Under the pieces are notes generated by a model that saw only the letters and a program-made list of their open reading frames with translations, searched no databases and was not told where the DNA came from. The position numbers and the translations under genes are program-made. A stretch of 63,669 nucleotides of DNA, counting the filler, from Octopus bimaculoides (Eukaryota), in the NCBI RefSeq assembly GCF_001194135.2. It is 5 parts of 5 records of this genome, joined end to end, with 100 filler letters (N's around TTAATTAATTAA, not from the genome) between each part and the next. Parts side by side here need not be neighbours in the genome. Positions count along the whole stretch, not along the records: positions 1 to 26,058 come from NC_069001.1; positions 26,159 to 39,032 come from NC_068992.1; 3 more parts are not named here. One strand, written 5' to 3'. This document shows, in pieces, positions 14,609-26,882 of the stretch. How positions within the stretch are numbered: the first letter of the stretch is position 1; every line of letters starts with the position of its first letter.

Positions 14609-14707
14609 TACTATTAAACCTTGGGAGAGGCATTATGCCGGTAATAAACACATGCACTGTGCGTGTGTTTATTACCGGCATAATGCATCTCCCAATGTTT
14701 AATAGTA
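14609..14707. repeat. Near-perfect 99-bp palindrome
   Basis: 49-bp arms (14609-14657 and 14659-14707) with 3 mismatches and a 1-nt centre. Confidence 0.9.
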
Positions 14708-15604
14708 TAATCTTATCTGTTATGAGTAAAAGGCCTGATTTGGGTGGGGGGAAGGGTTAAGTCGATCACATTGATCCTAGTGCTTGACTAGCTCACCGGT
14801 TATTCCTGCGTAATATAATACATCATGTGTCATTCCTGTAGACATATTCTAGATACTTTCTTCTTCTTCTTCAGCAGATATTGGGCAACCAGATACAACA
14901 CGCTTAATTGTTTCTTCCCCATTTCCACATATTTTTCAGTAACTTAATACATTCCGATTCATCATTACATGTTATTAATAGTTTCTGGAAGGAAAGAGTT
15001 GATGCTCTACGGCATCAAAGAGTCCTTCAGTGTTGTTAAATCTTAATTCTGCACTTCGCATCAAACGTTACAAAAGTTTTGTTTCTCTTCATTCTGTTTG
15101 TGATATTTATTTGTCCATCGTGGGGCTTTTATAAATATTGATTTTCTTTTTAACTGGCACAACGTCGGTTACGACGACAAATGTTCTAATTGATCCGATC
15201 AACGGGACATCCTTTTAGTAAAATTGTAGTGCAAGTGGCTGAGCACTCCACAGACACGCGTACCCTTTACGGCGTTCTCAAGAAGATTCAGCCTGTCATA
15301 GAATGTGACAAGACTGACCCTTTATGCTATAGGCACAACTCATTTTTACCAGCCGAGTGGACTTGAGCAACGTGAAATAATGTGATTGACTCAAGGATGC
15401 GACGCAGTGCTTGGAATCGAACCCAAGATTTTACGATGGTGAGCAGTATACTCTAAACACTAAGCCACGCATCTTAGTTTTTAGCTTTAGCAGAACTGCT
15501 GTTTTGCATCAAACTCTCCTCCCAACTTCTGTGTAATATTTGTTTTTGGTTTTCTTGAAAAGAAGACGTTTTGTAATAGCGTTCTGAATGCACGTATCTG
15601 TATA

Positions 15605-15780
15605 ATTACCTCCGCCTTAGCGAAGGCGGAAGTGTTGTTTTCAGTCGTGTTTGTTTGTCCGTAGACAAGATATCTCAAGCACAGCTCGATGGATTCGTAT
15701 GAAACTTTCAGGTATGTTTTGCCTCGTGACTGACACGAATTGATTAGATCTTAGTCTATGAGAGTAGTCGAGTTTATTTC
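15605..15780 (+). mobile_element. DINE-1/Helentron-associated-like element, 5' part
   Basis: Terminal hairpin TCCGCCTT-agcg-AAGGCGGA (15611-15630), followed by gtttgtttgtccgt and ...gatggattcgtatgaaacttt. Confidence 0.5.
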
Positions 15781-16493
15781 AAATATTCTCAATTTAAAAA
15801 TCATGTCTGGCTTATCATTGAGAGGACCGCGCCGTTTCAGAATAACGACTTGTTTGAGTCTCGTCATTTTTGATCACGGTTTGATTGTTGAAGGCTGTCT
15901 CTTTGACACTATCCGTTGATTTTGTCTAAAGATGTGGCAAAGGCCAATACAGCTTGGCACCAGTGATGCTTCAAGTTATTTCTAAACCTAGTGAACTGGA
16001 GCAACGTGAAATAAAGTGGCTTGCTCAAGAACACGCAACACAACTCGATCCGGGAATCGAACCATCCGATTGTAAACCCGGCGTCCTCCTCACTGAGCCA
16101 TGCGCATTCACATTACGTATATATGTATGTATACATAATACATATTCTTTTCTACTCTAGGTACAAGGTACTTAAGTTATCGACCATGAAAGGCAAACTC
16201 GACATCGGTGGAATTTAAACTCAGAACATAAAGACAGGCGAAATGCCGGTAAGCATTTCGCCCGGCGTGCTAACGTTTCTGCCAGCTCGCCACCTTATAT
16301 CTATTGTATATATACATATATGTATACATTTAAAGACCATTAAACGCACATAAATGTATGTGTGTATACTTAATTGCATTCAGACATGTATGTGTGTTTG
16401 TATGAGTCTGAAGGCCGCTGATACATATTTCAAATATATCTTTTTGTTACATCTCTTTTCATCGTCTTTTTGTAACGGAAGGGTCTTGTGTAT

Positions 16494-16534
<41 letters not shown>

Positions 16535-17377
16535 GCACCATCCCTTACATACCAGTCACAATTGAATCGGATTTGCTAACTTGAAGCATTAACTGTTAAG
16601 CTATGAAACGGAAACAGTGTACTTGGTTGTTATCAGCTGTCTTTGTGCGTAAGGTCTGGCTGGACTTAAGCTAGGGACCTTTTTTTCTAAATTTGGCTTT
16701 GGTGTCTAATGTTCACAGCCATAAAACCATGCATCTTTAATTTTTAGATCAGATCTAAACATAGCAAAATGAAAAAGAAATTTATTTTTTTAAAAAATGC
16801 CTTTAGAAAAGCAAGTCAACAGGTNNNNNNNNNNNNNNNNNNNNNNNNNNNNNNNNNNNNNNNNNNNNNNNNNNNNNNNNNNNNNNNNNNNNNNNNNNNN
16901 NNNNNNNNNNNNNNNNNNNNNNNNNNNNNNNNNNNNNNNNNNNNNNNNNNNNNNNNNNNNNNNNNNNNNNNNNNNNNNNNNNNNNNNNNNNNNNNNNNNN
17001 NNNNNNNNNNNNNNNNNNNNNNNNNNNNNNNNNNNNNNNNNNNNNNNNNNNNNNNNNNNNNNNNNNNNNNNNNNNNNNNNNNNNNNNNNNNNNNNNNNNN
17101 NNNNNNNNNNNNNNNNNNNNNNNNNNNNNNNNNNNNNNNNNNNNNNNNNNNNNNNNNNNNNNNNNNNNNNNNNNNNNNNNNNNNNNNNNNNNNNNNNNNN
17201 NNNNNNNNNNNNNNNNNNNNNNNNNNNNNNNNNNNNNNNNNNNNNNNNNNNNNNNNNNNNNNNNNNNNNNNNNNNNNNNNNNNNNNNNNNNNNNNNNNNN
17301 NNNNNNNNNNNNNNNNNNNNNNNNNNNNNNNNNNNNNNNNNNNNNNNNNNNNNNNNNNNNNNNNNNNNNNNNNNNNN

Positions 17378-17414
<37 letters not shown>

Positions 17415-17510
17415 ATTTATATATATTTGGTTACAGAAAACTTATTCAAAAGTACGTTTGTTCTGATGGATTCCACTCCGACTTTTGAAGTTACATGTTT
17501 AAATGTCTTT

Positions 17511-17924
17511 TACTCTTTTACTTGTTTCGGTCATTTGACTGAAGCCATGCTGGAGCACCGCCTTTAGTCGAGCAAATCGACCCTAGGACTTATTCTTTGT
17601 AAGCCTAGTACTTATTCTATCGGTCTATTTTGTCGAACCGCTAGTTTACGGGGACGTAAACACACCCGATGTTGGGGGGGGGGGACAAACACAGACACAC
17701 AAACATATACACACACACACATACATATATACATATATATATATATACATATACATATATACGGCGGGTTTCTTTCAGTTTCTGTCTATCAAATCCACTC
17801 ACAAGGCTTTGGTCGGCCCGAAGCAATAGTAGAAGACACTTGCCCATGGTGCCACACAGTGGGACTGAACCTGGAACCATGTGGTTCGTAAGCAAGCTAC
17901 TTACCACACAGCCACTCCTACGCC
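17511..17924 (-). mobile_element. SINE family A, full-length copy
   Basis: Reverse complement of 21301-21720 along the whole length. Confidence 0.85.
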
Positions 17925-19884
17925 TAATTTTTTTTCTATTTGGTTATTCAGACCATTATTCAGAGATAAATTAAATTTTGACTTTTAATATTGTTATCTA
18001 AATAAGGTGACGAGTTCATAGAATTGTTAACAAGCCAGGCAAAATGCTTAGCGGAATTTCATCCGTCTTTATGTTCTGAGTTCAAATTCCGCCGCGGTCG
18101 ACATTGCCTTTCATCCTTTGAGGGTCGATACAGTAAGTTGAACACTGGAGTCGATGTAATCGACTTTATCCCTCCCCAAACTTGCTGGCATTGTGCCAGA
18201 ATTTGAAATTAGTATCTGTGATGGGTTTTGTTTTCGTCTGGTTACGCTCAGAGATTAATTAAATTTTGACAATCAACACTTTTATCTAAATAAGGAGAAG
18301 AGCTGATTAGAATCGTCAGCACGCTGGACAAAATGTTTACTGGTATTTCGTCTGTCGCTACATTCCGAGTTCAAATTCCACCGAGGTTGATTTTGCCTTT
18401 CGTCCTTTCGGGGTCGATTAATTAAGTATAAGTGAGACACTGGGGTCGACGTAGTCGACTTACCTTCTCTCACCGAAACTTCTGGCTTTGTGCCAAAATT
18501 TCACACCAATATTTATATGGTTCAATCTTCACTAGATGGCTTATTCATGCGTTGAATTAAATATATCCTTTCCGCCAGACTATATTACATGAAACCGTGG
18601 ATACGAATTTAGCCTTTAAGGTCAGTAGTGCTTCTGCAATGCCATTGTCTCCAGTGACTGAAGTACAACCAAGGGAAAAGAATAAATTATAAAAGAATGC
18701 ATTAACGGCTGGCAGCGAAATAAATGATGTTTGGAGACTTTAGCGAACGATGTGTAGATAATATATGTGAGGGTATAAAAACACTAAAGTATTTAAGACA
18801 ATTTTTCCTTCCTTTCGTGGCGTCCACCCTGTTGCAAACGTTCACACCCAGATGTTCAAACTGAAGATAACTTAGAAATCATTAAATCCAGCCTGAGAAA
18901 TCTTGTACAATTTTGAGAGATTCTCTTCTTCTTCAGATCAACATATTTAAGCGCTTCTTGTAAGTCATACTGTGGCACTCAGGTGCCATTTAAGCTAGCA
19001 AGAAGAGCATTGAGTTTGTTGACCTTCTTTCTCTTGTGAGATCATCAGTCTCAAAGTTAGAAAGTACTGATTGAAAGCCCCGCTATCTTATAAATCATAT
19101 AGGCGCCGAGGCGTCAAATAGTCTCACTGTGAGTACTAAGAATGATAGAAGGCAAAGGGAAATAACCGTGAGGGAACTATCAGAGTGGAGACCCATCAAC
19201 CGCTCTCTTATCAAAATCTGCCATGTCTGATAAAATTCCTGTTTGTTCCAATTCTTTCCTTTCGCTGGTTCCAGTTAATTCGCGAAGAGTGAATGTTGAT
19301 GATTATAAGCAATTTCCCCCATTCCGCGTACATACACGAAAACTAAGTCCTACGTTGTCAAACCTAAATGAGCTTCCTAGAACCACTGACAGTCGGTAAG
19401 CCATTCGTTGTGTAGCTCAAGCAAGAACAGTCTCGATTCTCCGGGCTGCAGTATGGGCGTGCGATTCCAGTTTAGCAGTTTAACTATGATGACCTATCGT
19501 TCCACTTGTGATCATTCCAGTTTTTTGCATATCGAAGACAATGCTTCCTTCCTACGCAGAATAGGGGAACAAAACATCCAGATAGACGATACAAAGAAAA
19601 CAGCGACGGGTCATTCGGAGTTTTCTTTCCTCAGTCGAGTTCCAGCGGCTTTAGTCGAGCAAATCTAGCTCAGGACCTAATCTTTGTAAGCTAGTACTTA
19701 TCCTATACGTTTCTTTTTAAGTTCCGGGAATGTAAAATGATAGTGGAGAGACAAACATAGAGACACAAATATATATATATATATNNNNNNNNNNNNNNNN
19801 NNNNNNNNNNNNNNNNNNNNNNNNNNNNNNNNNNNNNNNNNNNNNNNNNNNNNNNNNNNNNNNNNNNNNNNNNNNNNNNNNNNN

Positions 19885-19926
<42 letters not shown>

Positions 19927-21300
19927 ATGTATAGGTGTTAGAATCCGTAGCGCGCTAAGCATAATGCTTATTGCTATTTCGCCCCCGTCTTTACGTTCTG
20001 GGTTCAAATGCCGCCAAGGTCGAGTTTACCCTTCATTCTTTCGGGTTCGATAAAGTAAGTACCAGTTAACCACTGGGGTTGATGCAATCAACTAGATCTT
20101 TCCCAACAAAGTTTCAGGCCATATGCTTATAACTGAAAATTATTTATGCGGCGAGCTGGCAGAATTGTTAACACGCTGAGCAAAATTCTTAGTGACATTT
20201 CGCCCTACAATACATTCAGAATTCAAATTCTGGGGAGGTCGACTTTGTCTTTCATCCTTTCAGTTTTGATAAACTAAGTACCAGTTGAGTACTGGGGTCG
20301 ATGTAATAAATTTCCCCACCCCTCAAAATTGCTGTTCTTGTGCCAGAATAAGAACGTATAAAAGCAGAATGATGTTTCACATAAATATATCTTGCAGTAT
20401 TGGTTCCAGTTTTTACGTTCACATTTCAAATCCTGCTCATTACAACTCTGCCTCTCACGCTACCAGAGTCAATATATACAGAATCACTCCAGGACTGGGA
20501 TCAATATAATCGATTATTTCCTCAACAAAAATATAAGACTTTGTGTCTATGTATTAGAGTATTGTTGAAATGTATTTTAAAATTAGCATCCTAGCATCTG
20601 TAATACCTCTATGTGCAATTTAGTGGAGCACGCGTGAGTTTGCCGCATTGTCTATAGTCGTTTAAGATGGTGTATAAATTTTCCGTTTTTAGTTGCTACT
20701 GTCGCCGTTGATGTGAGTGTTATTTGTTATCGATGTTGTAGTTCACCCATTTCAGTGATATTTGAGTGGACAGATGTACATTGGCCACCTCATCATTTTC
20801 TTTCTTCAGAATACAGCATTTCCTATTTTCTACACGTCCTTCTATTTCAAGGGAAAACTAATGTGATATGAGAGAGATTTAGCAATCATTTTTTATTAGA
20901 CTGAGCGACCGCACAATACCTTGCTTTGGTTGTAAGTCGTGTTGTGTGTGAAAGATATTATTTATACTGAGTACAAGGCGGCGAGCTGGCAGAATCGTTA
21001 GCACGCTGGGTGAAATGCTAAGCTGTATTTCGCTCGTCCCTACGTTCTGAGTTCAAATTCCGCCGAGGTCGACTTTGCCTTTCATCCTTTCTGTGTCGAT
21101 GAATTAAGTACCAGTAGAGTACTGGGTCGGTTGATGTGATCGACTTAACCCCTCCCCCAAAATTGCTGGCTTTGTGCCTATAATAGAAAGGATTATTTAT
21201 ACTGCGCACTGATTGTCTTGCGAGTTGTGATATAGCTGTGCGACTGGGAATGGATTTTGAGCTGTAATAGCAATAAGAGGTGGTCATGTAGAATGAGACA

Positions 21301-21720
21301 TAGGCGCAGGAGTAGCTGTGTGGTAAGTAGTTTGCTTACCAACCACATGGTTCCAGGTTCAGTCCCACTGCGTAGCACCTTGTGCAAGTGTCTTCTACTA
21401 TAGCCTCGGGCCGACCAAAGCCTTGTGAGTGGATTTGGTAGACAGAAACTGAAAGAAGCCTGTCGTATATATGTATATATATATATATATATATGTGTGT
21501 ATGTGTGTGTGTGTGTGTGTGTCAGTTCTCCCCTCCCCCAACATCGCTTGACAATCGGCGCTGGTGTGTTTACGTCCCCGTGACTTAGTGGTGGTCCGGC
21601 AAAAGAGACCGATAGAATAAGTACTAGGCTTACAAAGAATAAGTCCTGGGGTCGACTTGCTCGACTAAAGGCGGTGCTCCAGCATGGCCGCAGTCAAATG
21701 ACTGAAACAAATAAAAGAGT
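21301..21720 (+). mobile_element. SINE family A, full-length copy (tRNA-like head, central microsatellite, 3' tail)
   Basis: Reference copy of a ~420-bp family. Other copies or halves lie at about 58-212(-), 2352-2490(+), 3486-3650(+), 4861-5230(+), 5470-5605(-), 7370-7520(-), 8215-8363(-), 10827-10948(-), 26316-26478(-), 27301-27460(+), 43075-43328(-), 49190-49465(-), 55945-56140(-), 56290-56480 and 58920-59135(+). Confidence 0.85.
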
Positions 21721-21792
21721 ATTTAGTTGTGATTTTTTATGTACGTTGAGTTTTTCGTTGTGTCCGTGCAATCTTGCTGTGTTCGTAGTAGG

Positions 21793-22059
21793 TGAAACCT
21801 CGCCAGACAGAGCCGAGCTACAGCAACCGAGGCGTCGTCATCTACGAGCAGAACAACATTGCAGGGGCATAAAGAAAACTTGAACTACGCAATTCCAGAG
21901 CCAAATTCTTACCTTCAGTCTCGACACACTACAAGTGCCCAACGTGCAGCAGAACCTTCCGAGCAATCACCGAACTGATTGGTCACAGTCACTCACACCT
22001 CACCCAGCCTCCGTCTCCCATGTGATGAACCTCGTCATCTTTGACAACGACAGACGAAC
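21793..22059 (+). mobile_element. RTE-clade LINE 3' end with C-terminal C2H2 finger
   Basis: Reads GVVIYEQNNIAGA*RKLELRNSRAK...HYKCPTCSRTFRAITELIGHSHSH, followed by the short tail gtcatctttgacaacgacagacgaac. Confidence 0.72.
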
Positions 22060-22626
22060 TAATGATAACTATAGTAATACACGGCGAGTTGTGTACATTG
22101 GACTATATAATCGGGTGATTCAACAGGAGTTGTGACTTCCTTAAGTTGTGCTATAACATTGAGTGATTGGTTTCGTGTTGTGTGAGGTTTCTTATATCAT
22201 TCGGTACCTGAGTACAAGTAATTTACGTTATCTGAAATGTGTTATTTTGTTGCTCATTTTGAATCCTTCCTTAGTGGTGATAAAATGTCCACTAATTAAT
22301 TCCTGCTTTCGATAAAATTTAGTCATAGATTAATTGTAAGGACCCGACTGAGAATTAATTATTTTGCATCTCCTCTGTAATCATGAGACCTTATGCAATC
22401 AACATTTCTCACATCACCACAAGATACAGACCACTTAGTTTTGTTCCGAATAATCCATAAAGCCATTGAGATACGTAGCAATTGCATCTCTAACGCAAAT
22501 CTGGACGTGTGAAAATTACCATCCAAAATAGCAACGAAGGGAGGTAATTGTGTGGGATGTATCATACTGCTGTGTGGGAATTGTGCTTAGCATGAGTTGT
22601 TGGACTTATGTTGTATTATTAGGACG

Positions 22627-22965
22627 TAAAGCCGCATGGCTCAGTGGTTAAAGCGTCGGGCTCACAATCATGATGCACTGAGATCGATTCCCAGACCAGG
22701 CTGTGTTGTTGTTGTTGCCTAGAACAAGATATTTAATTTCACATGGTTTCAGTTCCCTCAGCTGTGAAAATGAGTCGCAATATCACTGGTACCAAGTTGT
22801 ACCAGCCTTTGTCTTTTCGCTGGATACCATCGGTGGCGTGGAGTATGGTATGCATGGGCGACTACTGGCTTTCTATAAACAAGATTGCCCGGACTTATGA
22901 CTATGAGGGGAACTTTCTAGGTGCAAACCCATGGTCATTCATGACTGAAGGGGGTCTTTATCCTT
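22627..22965 (+). mobile_element. tRNA-derived SINE, further family
   Basis: tggctcagtggttaaagcgtcgggct...tcgattcccagacc head, CORE-like block, distinct tail ending gggggtcttt. Confidence 0.55.
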
Positions 22966-23041
22966 ACTAGCTATAACGGCAATATATTTTCTTATAAGAG
23001 TAATGTTTTTTTTTTCTTGTTAACAATACTTGAAGATAAAT

Positions 23042-23260
23042 AAGGCGGCGAATTGGCAGAAACGCTAGCAAGCCAGCCGAAATACTTAGCGGTGTTTCGT
23101 CTGTCTTTACGTTCTGGGTTCAAATTCCGCCGAGATCGACTTTGCTTTTCATCCTTTCGGGGTCGATAAATTAAGTACCAGTTGCGTAGTGGGGGTCGAT
23201 CTAATCGACTGGCTCCCTCCCCAAAAATTTCGGGCATTTTGCCTTGAGTAGAAAGGATTA
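23042..23260 (+). mobile_element. SINE family B (~220 bp), reference copy
   Basis: aaggcggcga(g/a)ctggcaga...gggttcaaattcc (A/B-box-like)...ctttcatcctttcggggtcgat...gtagaaagga. Other copies lie at about 11435-11573(-), 16145-16296(-), 18004-18210, 18293-18510, 19935-20140, 20147-20355, 20975-21195, 33901-34210, 35630-35768, 37335-37548, 37589-37805, 40788-40955 and 45074-45228. Confidence 0.85.
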
Positions 23261-23270
23261 TATCATTTCC

Positions 23271-23485
23271 CTTCTACTATGCACAGAAGGCATGAAATTT
23301 TGTGGGGAAAAAGCTAGTCGATTGCATCGATCTTCAGTGCTTGACTGGTACTTATTTCATTTTACCTAGAAAGGATGAAAGGCAAAGTCGACCTCACTGG
23401 GATTTGAACTCAGAATCTAAACACCTACGCAATGTCGCTAAGCATTTTATCCTGCGTGCTAACGACTCTAACAGTTCGTCGCCTT
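23271..23485 (-). mobile_element. SINE family B copy, inverted and tail-to-tail with the 23042 copy
   Basis: Reverse complement of family B along the full length. Confidence 0.8.
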
Positions 23486-23623
23486 AGTAGTTTTATTAAA
23501 AAGAAATAATACGAATTGTGGGTTGCAAATAGCAGTTATTTGTTTTTTCTTTCAATAAAGTTCTGAGCCGTGATATGCTTTTTTTATATTTGTCTTCATA
23601 TTCGCACGCGCGTGTGTGTGTTT

Positions 23624-23654
<31 letters not shown>

Positions 23655-25774
23655 ATAGTGTTCCAGTTATTATTAGAATTGTTTATATTGTCTCAACCCA
23701 CATCCAGCATATTCCATTACAAAATGTCAATGAACTTTGATATTTTTGTGACTTCGTTGTTGCGTGATGTTTAACAAGAAGAGATACAAATATCTATCAA
23801 AATGTAGAGTTGTTAACTTTCGCCTTTGAGAATTCATTTATATCCCTTTATCCGTTTGGACAAGTATGTCTTTTGATTATTGAACGCCAAATCATTGCTA
23901 TACTCTGGATTTACTGCAAATCCTATGCAAATTTTATGTGTAACACCGAAATACCGGTATAATGGTTCAATGGACTTGGCTCCCAACCCATTTATATCAT
24001 GTATACAACAAACATTTCTTTGAAATCGTTCTCAATATGTTTCAAGACCTTCATTTGTGTTTGTTCAGGTGATAATAGAAATCTATACCCGATTCCAGTT
24101 TAAAGACCATGGGATACTTGTATATTTTTCTAGAAAGGTGCACCTTAGACCATATTGTGTCCTGTTGATACTGCTACAAGATTAGATTAACAGTACTTGT
24201 CAGTTGAATCCTCAATCACTTAGACATTTATTTATTTATTCAGGGGCAGATAGTTTAATTCTTCGAACAAGTGAATCCCCTTCGTCAAATGATGGAGACG
24301 TACCACTCTTTTTCTTTATTCCTAAACTTGTAAATTTAGAAGTTAGCATTTGTAGCTTAATAAATAAATAAAACATGTGGAGCCCTGACGGAAGCTAACG
24401 TAAAGGAGATAATCATGGAGGGGTGAAAATTTGGAATTAAATTTAGGAGAAACCAAGATGCACAGAATATAGCTGTTTAATGATTTATTTCTGCTCATTA
24501 GAAAGATCATAGATATTCTTTAGTCATTGGTAGCAATGAATTTTGAATTTGAGAGAAACGAAGGAGGAGCAAGGAGTGTTAGAAGTCTGTTAGTCATTGC
24601 GCAACTGTTATCGTCCTACCCCCTGTCATTCAATATCCGTACTATAGCGAATTGCAGCCTTTTGTCGAACATCTGCCCTCGCCCGTATAACAGAGAGAGC
24701 TGTCCGAAAATTCGTTAGTCTTCTTCTGTCTGGTGGCTATAGCAAATGAAGTCGTGTGGTGAACTTGTTTGAAAGGTTTGAGTACAGACATTTTCTCATC
24801 AACTTCACGAAACGCCTGAATAAGAAGCTGAGGGTAGAAAATGCAGTGATGCCTTCTAGTATGTTCAACGAATGACAAGGCTGGTGAAGCTGAAAAGATC
24901 TAAGCTAAGTTTGCTTTTTGGACACAAGAAAATTGGGAAAGGACGCTTTTAATATCTTTTATTAAGCAGAGAAATCGATGCCTAGATTTAAAGTCAGCTT
25001 TAATTACCCCAGGACGTTTACCTCGCCATTGAGAGACTTTTCCGTTTGGAATAGTTATCGTTACGTATACCATTGCTAAACTCATTTTACTCGAATTCAA
25101 CCCCATTCTTGTCTATTTTCCATTCTTTTATCTTTCTCAACGATTTGTGTCTTTGTGGCCAATAAAAGGAATTAGTATCTTTCCTGTTGTTCTTCATATT
25201 ACTATTATTCGCCTTTGAAGAAAGCAGATGTGTTTGCCTCACATTCAGTCATTTCAGAAAAAATTATGTCGCATTTAGTAGAAAATATTCAGTCTCGCAG
25301 TGTTTACAAATAAGAGGGGTGTTCGTCCGTTACCCCAATTTACACGAGAATCTTTCTTTTCAAATATATGTATATGTGTATTGTAGTAGACTTATGCCTA
25401 GCGAGTTGTCTAAAACAAAAAAAGTTGGGAAAACCCATAAAATTGATAATTAACGAAACATAATAGAAACAAATATAGAAACTGAAAAAAGCGAAATGCT
25501 GTAAAGAAACAATGATTATTCTATACAAATCATGAACACAGAAACTGAATGATAACATTAATAGCAATGACAACAACAATAATGACAGCAATTAGCACAT
25601 GCTTGAAACTAGATGTTCATAAAAATGTTTCTGAACATTTTAGCTTTTCTTTTTCCCCGCAGATTTTAGTTCGTTTTTGTATTTGGTTTGCAAAATTATT
25701 TATCTGAATTCGTGTGTTGAAACAAATTTTGTTGTGTCTGGGGATGATCATACTGCCTTAACATCTAACACACT

Positions 25775-26030
25775 CACCAGTTCAATTTCCATTCATTTAT
25801 TATTATTTGGGTTTTTTTTTTATTTCGCTGTTTAATTTTCGTTGTTTTTGCAAACCTTATCACCGGTTCAATTTCCACTCTATTATTATTTGGTTTTCCT
25901 TTTCATTTTGCTGTTTTATTTTCGTTGTTTTTGAAAATTTTGTCACCGGTTCAATTTCCACTCATTTATTATTATTTGCGTTTCTTTTTTTTTATTATTT
26001 TACTGTTTATTTTCGTTGTTTTTTTGTATT
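25775..26030 (+). repeat. Minisatellite, 3 copies of an ~85-bp unit
   Basis: cacc(a/g)gttcaatttcca(t/c)tc... starts at 25775, 25861 and 25944. Confidence 0.75.
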
Positions 26031-26058
26031 TAATTTAATTTAATTTTGTCAACGTATA

Positions 26059-26158
26059 NNNNNNNNNNNNNNNNNNNNNNNNNNNNNNNNNNNNNNNNNN
26101 NNTTAATTAATTAANNNNNNNNNNNNNNNNNNNNNNNNNNNNNNNNNNNNNNNNNNNN
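26059..26158. other. Artificial scaffold join (44 N + TTAATTAATTAA + 44 N)
   Basis: Exactly 100 bp and identical to three other sites. The 12-mer has stops in all six frames. Confidence 0.9.
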
Positions 26159-26265
26159 TATATATTTTATATATACTTTATCTATAAGGCTCAATTTAAT
26201 TTTAATTTTTTATAAATTGATTTTAATTGAGTTTTTTACCTGTAATTTTGGATTTTGTCCCTAAT

Positions 26266-26316
<51 letters not shown>

Positions 26317-26584
26317 GACAGACTTCTTTCAGTTTCTGTCTACCAAATCCGCTCACATGGGTTTGGTCGGCCCGATGCTATAGAGGGAGACACTTGCCCA
26401 AGGTGTCACACAGTGGGACTGAACCCATAACCATGTGGTTGGAAAGCAAGTTTCTTATCACACAGCAATGCCTGCGCCAACTTCTCAAATATTTTTAGCT
26501 TGATAGACTTAATTAATCTTCATATTCATATCTTCTGAAGAAAGCTCCTAGTCAGTCCACTTCAAGCGGTTTTATGATGTTAAG

Positions 26585-26845
26585 CAGTCGTTCTCAAAGT
26601 GGGTAGTATTGCTCCCCCTGGGAGTGGTGGAAGAAAAGTGGGGCGATAATGGGATTGTGATTCATGTAAAAAAAAAACAACAAAATAATGGGTTCGTTAG
26701 GTTAAGTTTGATTTGTGAAATACAGTTACTTTGAATTTGCTTCAGAAAGAGGTCTATGCTTATGATGGTTAGTTGATGTGTGGGTGCTAGGAATGTGACC
26801 TTGGTGTCAAGGGGGCGGCATCCTGAAGAAGTTTGGGAACCACTG
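26585..26845. mobile_element. hAT-type MITE
   Basis: TIRs cagtcgttctcaaagt / agtttgggaaccactg. The 8-bp flanks atgttaag and atctaaag match 6/8, consistent with a decayed TSD. Confidence 0.65.
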
Positions 26846-26882
26846 ATCTAAAGCATTCCTACCAAGATCATCATGTACTGCT

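Noticed and set aside
16769-17567. ORFs of 100-256 aa spanning N runs (also at 3.7, 8, 10.3, 31, 42, 54.5 and 62 kb)
   Set aside because: Their length comes from unknown bases.
18995-19055. Hammerhead-like CTGATGA-TCT-caca-AGA-GAAA on the minus strand
   Set aside because: No stem I pairing and a non-canonical stem II closing pair.
26103-26114. TTAATTAATTAA as a biological motif
   Set aside because: It occurs only centred in 100-bp N spacers, so it is an assembly marker.
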